The position numbers and the translations under genes were made by a program. A stretch of 64,000 bases of DNA. Source: Harriotta raleighana (Eukaryota). How positions within the stretch are numbered: the stretch's first letter is position 1; every line of letters starts with the position of its first letter. Below the pieces are notes generated by a model that was given only the letters and a program-made list of their open reading frames with translations, ran no database searches and had not been told where the DNA came from. Positions 51,101 to 59,676 of this stretch are shown piece by piece. The stretch lies in the NCBI GenBank assembly GCA_050575255.1, contig JBNZDD010013686.1:5111794-5175793 (forward strand). The letters run 5' to 3'.

Positions 51101-54100
51101 ACCTGCCACCCAAAGACCTCTGATGTACCTCAAACAGGTGGTATGCTATAATGACATTGGCTAAGTCCTGGAATCAAATGAATCAAATTTTGTACATCCC
51201 TGATAAACAGCAGAATGCTACATGGAATGAATGGAAAAAAGTTCAAAGAAATAAAAATATGGAAATGTTGGCAGCAAAACTGCTGAGGTGCCACAATGGG
51301 TCCTATGGGCATTCCGAATGTCAGGTCTACTCTTACTGAACGTTACTACTAGCGCAAAAAAGTTAGTCAATTTGGAGCTGAATCACTAAGCAGAATGAGA
51401 GGATAAAAAGAGAAAATAAAACATAATAACACAAAAGAGAAAAATCCAAGAGAAGAGACGTCAGAATCCATCATTTGAATTTTCAGTGCAGTATCCAAAT
51501 GAAGACAAACAGCTTCTCATTAAAAAAAAATCAATGTACCAATTGTTAAGTTTAGTTTTATAATTCCAGCAATACCTGAAATTCTGGAGCTAAAATATTT
51601 TTTTCAAATAACCATTTTTTACTACATATATACACACACATTAAGTTTATCCTAGGATTGCATCAAATTCATATCACAATTGAAAAATTTAAAAGAATAA
51701 TCCCCATTCAATAGCTGCTTTTCACTGAGACCAAGAAAAACTTCAGCTATTAGTGTGCCAAAGCCTTCAACCCAATCAACTGTATCTCCTCCCAGTGCCG
51801 TGTGGTGCTGGCAATATTTAATGGTAACAAGGAGATTTTTCATAACAGTTACAACAGATATAAAAAGGGAAGGACTTTGCACTCATTTATCCATACAGCA
51901 TTCATTTTAATTAATATGTTGACCCACAATGTCAACTGTGTAGAGAACTGGATGACTTCTCCAAGTGCACTTTGTCCTCTTGTATAAAAATTCAATGATC
52001 CATTATTGCCTAAAGTTCAAATATTCCAACACTTTGTATTAATTCACACACATTTCTTTTTTAACAAAAGAACACTGAGTACACAACACTTTACATTACT
52101 TTCTGTTCACAGAATGATTATTTCTTGCTTGAAAGCAAAGAAAAAAACTTAGAATCATTGTTGGGTGCTGATAGAGCTCATTGCTCACCTCATTTTTCAT
52201 CAGGTTTCGGTGTATTTTTTATAACCTTGATTAAGACGATTCCTCCATTGAGACTTATAAAGAGTCATTTCAAGTAGTTGCTTGGGTTGCAGCTGATAAA
52301 ACGATCAGGGTGGAGGAAAGGAAGCAACACTTATATCTGCAATTAACTTCCCCATGACTCATTACTGTAATCTTCAATGAAATTATTCATTAATCTGCTA
52401 AATGTTACTGTAGTAAAACAAATATTGACATTTGGACACACTATAGTGTACACTGCAGTAATTCTGTAAATTGCTTTAAATTCTGAAGCTTGTGGTTACA
52501 AAAGGAGGAAGGGCAGTTAGGGTTTACGATAGATCAAAGGACAAACTTCAAACAGCCTTGTTAGGGTCCCAGTATTTGAGCAGATTACAAAAGTTTTGCT
52601 AGACTTTGATAGGAACCTGGTACAAAGGAGCAGTGGTTTTTGTGTTTGAATGAGGAAAAATATATTCTACAAAAGTATTTTTAGGTATGAAGCAATATTG
52701 ATGCCATCCATGGAGTATATTAACAATTGAGATTTAATCCCAGTTGAAGTAAATGGCAACATTGGGGTGTATAATGAGCAGAAAACTATAAAAATATAAA
52801 TCTCTTTTCTTTTAAAAAAAAGTTGTCATAACTCACGTCACTTGTGTTTCTGGTTTTTGATGTGTGTGAAATAATTATCCCCTCCCTATTATATAATAAT
52901 TATATAAGCTTTATCCCAAGAGTCTGGTTTGATGGTTGCACAAATACATCACCTCAGAATATAGTTCAACACTCATGATTTCCCCTGACAGAGATGTCCC
53001 AATCTCCATCAAGAGAAGACTTGTATATGTAACGAGACACATTGATGAACAAAAGACACATTGAAGACCAAGCCCCGGCTGCCCTCACATAACCTCGATT
53101 AATCGAGTGGTAGTGGAACTTGGATGAACTCTACACTAAGAATTATTGCATTACTCTGAAGTATTCTTGCAGGAGACGGAGAAAAAACAAGAGGAAACAA
53201 TATTTTTAGATATATTTAAACAAAGAACAGTAAATGAGTAGATTGCTAGTAGATATATGAGAACCTTACTTACCCTATATTCTTTGGAGACGGATTCTGA
53301 CACTGCAGGGGTACCCGGAAACTGTGTTGAGATTGTGGCAGCTATAAGTTGTTTACACCATTCAACATGAGATCCTGAAGGGCTGCATTCCAAAAAAAAA
53401 GTATATTTTCTCCAATCCTACAATTGCAAATGTCTCTACCCATATATTGTGGATTGAATTATGCATTGAAACAAATTCACTGCTCCTTTGATAAAATAAC
53501 TCTTCAATTGGATATAGTCTCTCTCATATCGAGGGTCATGTCAAAGACCTTCGCAAGATTTGGAACCGTGTTAGCGACTGCATTTTGCATACAAACATGA
53601 AGCCATTTCGCGCACATCCGCGAAATGAATGACCAATTTTACCTTTTGTTTTGAAGCTCTGCTCAAGTTGAAAATACTGTGTGGAATCAAACGCTTTTCT
53701 GCCCTAACATGAATGAGAGATTGTAAACCTTGCTGTTCACCCCCCCCCCCACCACCAACCCCCACCCCCCCCACCACCAACCCCCACCCCCCCCGCATCG
53801 CGTTATATCTCCCAATAACTCACTGAATCAACCACTGCAATCAAGATTAGGAGAAAAATCACAATTGAATCCAAGAGTTAATTCAAAGTCACAAAGTATA
53901 AGCGACCCTCGCGGAAAGGATAACTTTTTTTTGTCCCCAGAGCAGAGAGCAAACTAGTCACACATGCGGAGATGAATCTCCCCCTTAATTTGTTGAAAAC
54001 TGACATCGGTGTAAAACCCGGTTTCGATTCTCTGGCTGTTTCCTCCAATGTTATTGCGGTAACTTTGCGGTAATCTGCCATCAAATATAAACGTCAATCA

Positions 54101-54467
54101 GCAGTGACTCATAAGCCACACTGGAGGATACACCTTAGAAAAGATGAAGCTGCTGCTAAATACAACAGTCTCATTTCTCATCGAGATGTCTATCGATAAT
54201 AAAATGGGAGGGGTGGGGGGGGGGGTGTGATCACCTTCTCCTGGGTGCCCTGAGGACGGGGGTGTTTGGGGGGGGGGGGAGGGTACTTTCACTGGGTGTC
54301 AGGAGCTCAATCAGCCTTTATTAACTGTCCCTCCACCCCCAGACCAGGCCAGGCCAGGCCTACCCACTGTACCTGTCCAGCGAATCCACACTCGACTGCC
54401 TGGAGCCGGTCACAAACTTGGCAGCTTTGGCTGAGGCCGTGTTGTCGGAACTGACGAACTTCTCCAT
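36028..54467 (-). CDS. MTMR1: Myotubularin-related protein 1, PI3P/PI(3,5)P2 3-phosphatase (15 constitutive coding exons, 1953 nt, 650 aa)
   Basis: Exons 54373-54467, 53274-53382, 46895-46970, 46191-46285, 45677-45787, 45248-45349, 44044-44127, 43124-43273, 42609-42797, 41988-42173, 41020-41226, 40805-40897, 39879-39992, 39352-39528, 36028-36192 splice in frame. MTMR1-specific [16 protein letters not shown] and [25 protein letters not shown] domain, catalytic [10 protein letters not shown], coiled coil and C-terminal QTTV. Confidence 0.96.
38769..38996 (-). mobile_element. (TTGA)n-tailed retroposon copy
   Basis: aatcaatcaatcaaaattacatttatattgcgcctttcacgtcgggaggacgtccc...; homologous to 3430-3663. 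Confidence 0.8.
39352..39528 (-). CDS. MTMR1: MTMR1 exon 14
   Basis: [16 protein letters not shown]...[18 protein letters not shown]; tag / gtaaga. Confidence 0.96.
39879..39992 (-). CDS. MTMR1: MTMR1 exon 13
   Basis: [38 protein letters not shown]; tag / gtaaat. Confidence 0.96.
40401..40562 (+). mobile_element. 5'-truncated SINE in MTMR1 intron 12
   Basis: Body and tail match the family. Confidence 0.8.
40805..40897 (-). CDS. MTMR1: MTMR1 exon 12
   Basis: [31 protein letters not shown]; cag / gtagga. Confidence 0.96.
41020..41226 (-). CDS. MTMR1: MTMR1 exon 11 (catalytic CX5R)
   Basis: [40 protein letters not shown]...FGHRFAI; cag / gtgagt. Confidence 0.97.
41988..42173 (-). CDS. MTMR1: MTMR1 exon 10
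   Basis: [36 protein letters not shown]...THWLEYIR; tag / gtaaag. Confidence 0.96.
42609..42797 (-). CDS. MTMR1: MTMR1 exon 9
   Basis: [19 protein letters not shown]...[12 protein letters not shown]; cag / gtattt. Confidence 0.96.
43124..43273 (-). CDS. MTMR1: MTMR1 exon 8
   Basis: [50 protein letters not shown]; tag / gtgagt. Confidence 0.95.
43337..43504 (-). mobile_element. (TTGA)n-tailed retroposon fragment
   Basis: Homologous to 38769-38996. Confidence 0.78.
43582..43923. mobile_element. Tc1/mariner-type MITE, second subfamily
   Basis: TA|CAGTAAAAGCCCATTTATTCG ... CGGATAAACGGGCTTTTATTG|TA; shares the internal atattctgttactatttagtctattattaatatggtat block with the other MITEs. Confidence 0.85.
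44044..44127 (-). CDS. MTMR1: MTMR1 exon 7
   Basis: [28 protein letters not shown]; tag / gtgagc. Confidence 0.95.
44180..44711. mobile_element. Tc1/mariner-type MITE
   Basis: TA|CAGTAAAACCTTGTTTATCCG ... TGGATAAACAAGGTTTTACTG|TA; internal direct subrepeat gtgcaggtactcgcagctggc occurs twice. Confidence 0.88.
45248..45349 (-). CDS. MTMR1: MTMR1 exon 6
   Basis: [34 protein letters not shown]; cag / gtgagt. Confidence 0.95.
45677..45787 (-). CDS. MTMR1: MTMR1 exon 5 (PH-GRAM)
   Basis: [37 protein letters not shown]; tag / gtaaag. Confidence 0.95.
46191..46285 (-). CDS. MTMR1: MTMR1 exon 4 (PH-GRAM)
   Basis: [31 protein letters not shown]; cag / gtaagt. Confidence 0.95.
46895..46970 (-). CDS. 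MTMR1: MTMR1 exon 3
   Basis: [25 protein letters not shown]; tag / gtaagt. Confidence 0.95.
48036..48104 (-). CDS. MTMR1: Candidate MTMR1 alternative exon ([23 protein letters not shown]) with GC donor
   Basis: Pyrimidine/YGCY-rich tract plus atgcag acceptor; open in frame 0; 69 nt ending TTG|gcaagt; TGCATG motifs on both sides. Confidence 0.5.
50665..50688 (-). CDS. MTMR1: MTMR1 alternative 24-nt microexon (VCRRPDIR), equivalent to exon 2.1
   Basis: tttaactgacag acceptor, AGG|gtaaga donor, phase 0-0; peptide resembles the human exon 2.1 insert VYRRPDLR (from memory). Confidence 0.85.
53274..53382 (-). CDS. MTMR1: MTMR1 exon 2
   Basis: [36 protein letters not shown]; cag acceptor, gtaagt donor. 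Confidence 0.94.
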
Positions 54468-54760
54468 GTCCTTTCGTGGCTGCTTGTTGTTATTGTGGCT
54501 GTGGAATTTCCTGCCGCCGCCGCCGCTGCTGCTGTTGTTGTTGGTGGTGGTGTCTGTCACTCCCTCTCCCTCCCTCCCTCCCTCCCTCCGGAGCCAACAG
54601 CCGCTTCCCCCCCTTTTCCCGCCGCCGCGGCAACCGTCCACTTCAGGCGGCGGCCATGGCGTCACCTTTCCCACAGTGCCTCGCTCCACAGCTAACTGCG
54701 CCTGCGTAGTAGGTCACTCCCCCCCCCCCCACCCTCCCACTTGCCTGACAGCTGCTGTCA
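54340..54760 (-). promoter_or_regulatory. GC/CpG-rich promoter and 5' UTR of MTMR1
   Basis: Most GC- and CpG-dense non-repeat segment in the window; contains exon 1, (CGG)/(CAG)/(CAA) runs and an NRF1-like TGCGCCTGCGTA at 54697-54708. Confidence 0.7.
54373..54467 (-). CDS. MTMR1: MTMR1 exon 1 coding part ([31 protein letters not shown])
   Basis: [11 protein letters not shown] resembles MTMR1 GSRQPSVETLD; CAG|gtacag donor; lies in a GC/CpG-rich island. Confidence 0.83.
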
Positions 54761-54962
54761 CTGTCTGGTCTGTTAGCAGAGGTGGCTTCCTATACTGTAC
54801 TGTAACTATACCATATGGAGCCCTCCCTGTTCAGCCAGGTGTCTGACACATGCAGGAACCCATCACCACCTCGCTTAAGGGTATCTAAACCCAAATGAGA
54901 ATTGCATACATCCCATCCACACATTAAAAATTCCAGAGATTACGATCATTGCTCTCTTTTGG

Positions 54963-55805
54963 GTTTCATAGATTCATAGAAGTTTACGGCACAAAAGGAG
55001 GCCATTTGGCCCATCTAGTCTGTGCCGGCTCTTTGAAAAGAGCGATTTAATCCCACTGCCCTGCTCGCTCCCCATAGCCTAATAGACCTGTTCTCCCTAA
55101 ATAAAGATCTAATTCCCTTTTAAAAGTTGTTATCGAATCAGCCTCCACCACNNNNNNNNNNNNNNNNNNNNNNNNNNNNNNNNNNNNNNNNNNNNNNNNN
55201 NNNNNNNNNNNNNNNNNNNNNNNNNNNNNNNNNNNNNNNNNNNNNNNNNNNNNNNNNNNNNNNNNNNNNNNNNNNNNNNNNNNNNNNNNNNNNNNNNNNN
55301 NNNNNNNNNNNNNNNNNNNNNNNNNNNNNNNNNNNNNNNNNNNNNNNNNNNNNNNNNNNNNNNNNNNNNNNNNNNNNNNNNNNNNNNNNNNNNNNNNNNN
55401 NNNNNNNNNNNNNNNNNNNNNNNNNNNNNNNNNNNNNNNNNNNNNNNNNNNNNNNNNNCCCAAAACCGATCCCTGTGGCACACCACTGCTTACCTCCCTC
55501 CATTCTGAAAAACAGCCGCTCACTACAACTCTCTGCTTCCTGTCTCGCAGCCAGTTGTGGATCCACTCTGCCACTGTCCCTTTTACGCCGTGGGCCTTTA
55601 ATTTCCTAATAAGTCTCTCATGTGGCACTTTGTCAAATGCCTTTTGAAAGTCCATGTAAACTACATCAACCGCGCTACCATTATCCACCCATTCCGTTAC
55701 CTGATCGAAAAATTCTATCAGATTTGTAAGGCAAGATTTGCCTTTAACAAATCCATGTTGACTGTCCTTTATTAGCCTATATCTTTCTTCGAAGATTTTC
55801 ACCAT
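54963..55805 (-). mobile_element. 5'-truncated CR1 LINE with RT fragment and intact 3' tail
   Basis: LIKDSQHGFVKGKSCLTNLIEFF...VDVVYMDFQKAFDKVPH...SGVPQGSVL, gap, VVEADSITTFKRELD...GYGERAGQWD*, then 3' UTR gggccaaatggcctcc and TTCTATGA/ATCTATGA octamer tail. Confidence 0.93.
55152..55458. other. Assembly gap
   Basis: Run of Ns inside the CR1. Confidence 0.99.
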
Positions 55806-58800
55806 ACGTGTACATATTTTAAAAATCCTACTTTTGAATGCATTTAATTACATTATGAACATATCGCTATTCAAAGAAAACCAGCACGCTGTCAGCATTG
55901 TACAAGGCACGGGCATGCTTAAGATTTTATAGCAAAACAAAATAAACAGCTGTAATTTTTTTTTAAATTTTGACAACGGCCAGACAAAAACATTGCATTT
56001 GACTGTAAAAGGCAAATACTGGTATTGACATAGATCTGTTTTACACACATGTTTAATTATAAACATTGATTTATCACGGTATCGCAGTAATGTGTACATG
56101 ACAGATGAAGTTTACAAAAATGTTCCATTGCAAGTAACCGTCTATTCATTTTAAGTCATTTGTATTTGAATGCTGCACTAATCGAGAGCATTAAGTCTTA
56201 AATAAGGGGAGGAGAGAATAAATTTTGAAATTATTGGGACATATTAAAAGCACTGGCAGCAAGATAAAAAGGTGGGTTCTGGTTTGCCCTCCAAAGGCAG
56301 TCTTAATAGTCAAGTATAGAAACAGATGAGAAAGATTCCTACGGTATGAAACTAAAAATATGATGCAATAACTATATTTAAACCACAAGTGTAAGATATG
56401 AGAATATTAGTAACAAAGAAAATCTATATAGGCTCCAATTTACAAGTTGTATTATAGCCAGCAACTCTATCACGATACTGACTCAAGGAACGATAAATAA
56501 AAAGTGTTAAGTTCCATAATGTTCACTGAAATAATATGAGGTACTTATGGCAAAAATTGAAGACTCCCTAGGGTTTAATTATGGGTTACACCAAACCCCA
56601 AATCAACCACTGAATCTTCCACATCTGCTTAATATACTGTATCTCATCAAATTCAATGGAGCACCCTTTACAAGCATAATTTACTTCCGTATTTATCCAG
56701 TTACATTTCTGGAGTTTCTGAATAACTATTTCAAATAAAGGGTTTTCATGGAGGGCACATAAAGAAACAATTCATAGTCACAAGGCAATATATTGGAATT
56801 TTTCAAATACTTCATTTTGGTCATACTGTGTACAGTAGGTCAGCATTTCAGATCAGCGACAACCTGGAGAGGCATCTGAACACAAGGTAAGAGTTTCAAT
56901 TTGGCCATGAGATACAATTTATAAATAGATTCTATAAGCATCAGCTTTAATGTAACTATTTAAATTATCACCATATATCTTCCCTTTAATTAAGTTTTCA
57001 CTAATGCTTCATTGCTCACAGAACAAAGGCCTTTCTTTGGTTACTATAACTTGCTAATTAAATGAGAAATAAAAAGTAAAAATTATTTGCCCAGTGTTGA
57101 TTTCTCTGTCATTTAGTGACTAATACTCCAAGAATGGAATGTTCTAACAATACACACCACCTTAATTTTCCGAAGAACAATATTAGTGACAATCCAAATC
57201 TAACACTTGTTACGAGATATGTAAAACTATCAAGTTTTAATCTCAAAATATTACATTAAAGTAAAATTGCATTTTTATATCTTTAATTGAGGTAATTATT
57301 AACAGCAGGCCCAAAAACACTAAAATCCTACAAATAATTGCCTGACCAGAGAATCAAGGCTGGAAAGACACTTCACAACCAATGGATCAAAATGGCAAAG
57401 ATCTGTCTGGTAAAGCGTTTTGTGACTAATTACCATTTGCACCATACTAAATGTTTAGGTCTGAAGAAACTGCAACTGTTTTACCCACTGGTTAAACCTG
57501 ACTAATAGACTGGTGTCCTAACATCAACTTTAAATTCTGACAAGCAACTATTGATTTTAGTTTCAGATTAATGACAATTAGGCATATTTACACTCAGGAC
57601 TTTACAACATAAACAACACAACACAAAGTTCCATTCACACAGTCACTACAAATGAATCAAATTGAAAGACAATGTAAGAGCAGACTTAAATACACATGTG
57701 CATTGCATTTGAAAGCTAGAGTAAAAACAATTCACCTGCTTGAAAGAAGCAATGAACCTTAGATACATATAATCCCTAGACAAACACAGATCTGAACCAA
57801 GCACATTGGCCCAGTGGAATAAGGTACAAATGGCAAGGACCAATTATATAATTGATTTGGAATAGTCTATTTTAAGCAAATTTGCTCTTGCAGGAAAGCA
57901 GGTAAATATATTCATATTTGAATCATTGACCTAATTCCATTGTATTGGGGATAACTTTCAAGTTAGAACTGATTAGAATTAGAAATTTCCCATTGTTTTG
58001 TGCGAACCTGTTTTAAGATAATGGCAAAACAGGAATTTTCACAATAAAGTAATTTCACATTTAATGGTCCTTATGTAAAATAGTATGACAATTCCTCATT
58101 TTACGACATATGCATACGATCAAACATTAAACCAACACACAGAAATTTTAAAACAATAATGTCCAATAATGTAAACCGGTGTACTGCACTTTACTGAAAA
58201 CATTAATCTGAATACAATGTGGGTTAGTTCCTTACAGAAATCTGCCATGTGCGTGATCTAGTAAAGTATGTATGAAAGTAACATCTGAGGACAGTTCAGT
58301 TAACTTCAGATCAAATGCTATGACCTAAACTAATGGAAACCAATGATATGGAACTGCTAAGAACTCAATTATTTCTGATGTTCAAAATAAAACTAGTCTA
58401 TGGGACCATCAACATTTGTGCAAAATGGTACATTGCACAGAATACTAGTTGTGATTAGTCTTAATGAGAACAGCTGCTGAACAATGGAGCTCAGGAGAAT
58501 CATCAGCATTTCCAAGATATTATTTGACAATTTAGGAAATAAACTGAATTCAAATGCTGTTTAAATTCTGCATAACATTTTTTAATCTTGTATGAACAAT
58601 GCACAATGGATGGGGGAAAACAATCCAGCTATTTATGGAAGTTCATAAATTGCAGCTGAACTCAAAATTAAAATCCATAGGAATTCAGATATTCCTAGAG
58701 TACCAGGTTTATCCCAATGTATTGATATATTTAAGCAAATATTACTCATAAAATGTACCAGACTTCAGATTGTAAATAGGTTAATAGAAATATTGATCCA

Positions 58801-58892
58801 ATCTTATTTAAGCTTTTAATTTTGATAAACAAGATGACAATTGGTAATGCAAAAATAATGAACCATCTATCTATATTAGCAGAAAAATACAT

Positions 58893-58898
58893 TTTATT
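58893..58898 (-). terminator. Candidate proximal polyadenylation signal for MTM1
   Basis: AATAAA on the minus strand about 600 nt after the stop; a distal ATTAAA lies at 55843-55848. Confidence 0.35.
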
Positions 58899-59496
58899 GT
58901 TTTTTTTAGCCTGGTGTACATTTTGTTTGGTGCCCGCCCCAGTGCTCCATTAGTAGTACAATGCAGTACTCTCATACTACTAATTTGTCACTACTTTCAA
59001 TGTAGGAAGTAGTTTACAGTTTACAGCAATTTACAGTGCAAGCTACATTAACCTTCTGTGTAAAAATCAGGATTTCCAGGTCAGCTCTCCAGTAAACTAT
59101 TCAAGCTTAATAACTGTCCATCTGGTTTGCACTGCTCACATAGATCGGAGATGAGCAATTCCAGAGATTTTTGCATTCAGTGATTAATAACATCAACATT
59201 ACCACCGTTCTGCAGAGACAAGGTTTTGGAACAGGACATCATCCCTACTTAAATGGTAGCCTGCTACCATTTAAACTAAGGCACAAACATGATTTAGAAT
59301 AATATCAAAATAATTTTAATTATTTCACTTTTTGCATAAAGAAGCATTATAGCATTGACTCATGCAAATAAATCTACATCCCTATCCAGATATTTCTCTT
59401 TAACATATTGCAGTATAATACATATTAATTCCTCAAATAGTCTATAAAGTAATCAATACTATAAGCATTCAGAATTCTTTAAGAGTCTATATCTTG

Positions 59497-59676
59497 TTAG
59501 AGAGTAGTCTGTGAATGGGGTGATACTGGTACTGGAGTAGATGAAGCTGTTGATTTGGAAATGTGGGAAAGAATTTGTTCGGGAGTTTCTGAAATCTCCA
59601 GTTCTTCTAGTCTCTTCAGTAACTGCTCCCGTACAGCCAACAACTCCTTGTAACGTTGCTGAACTGGATCATGCTG
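59497..59676 (-). CDS. MTM1: MTM1 exon 15 coding part
   Basis: [28 protein letters not shown]...PHSQTTL-TAA; tandem aag/cag acceptor. Confidence 0.92.
   Translation of the reverse strand, partial: QHDPVQQRYKELLAVREQLLKRLEELEISETPEQILSHISKSTASSTPVPVSPHSQTTL

Noticed and set aside
54418-54846. 142-aa + strand ORF with a hydrophobic Leu/Val stretch, antisense to MTMR1 exon 1
   Set aside because: Arises from the GC-rich trinucleotide ladder; no recognisable homology or splice support.
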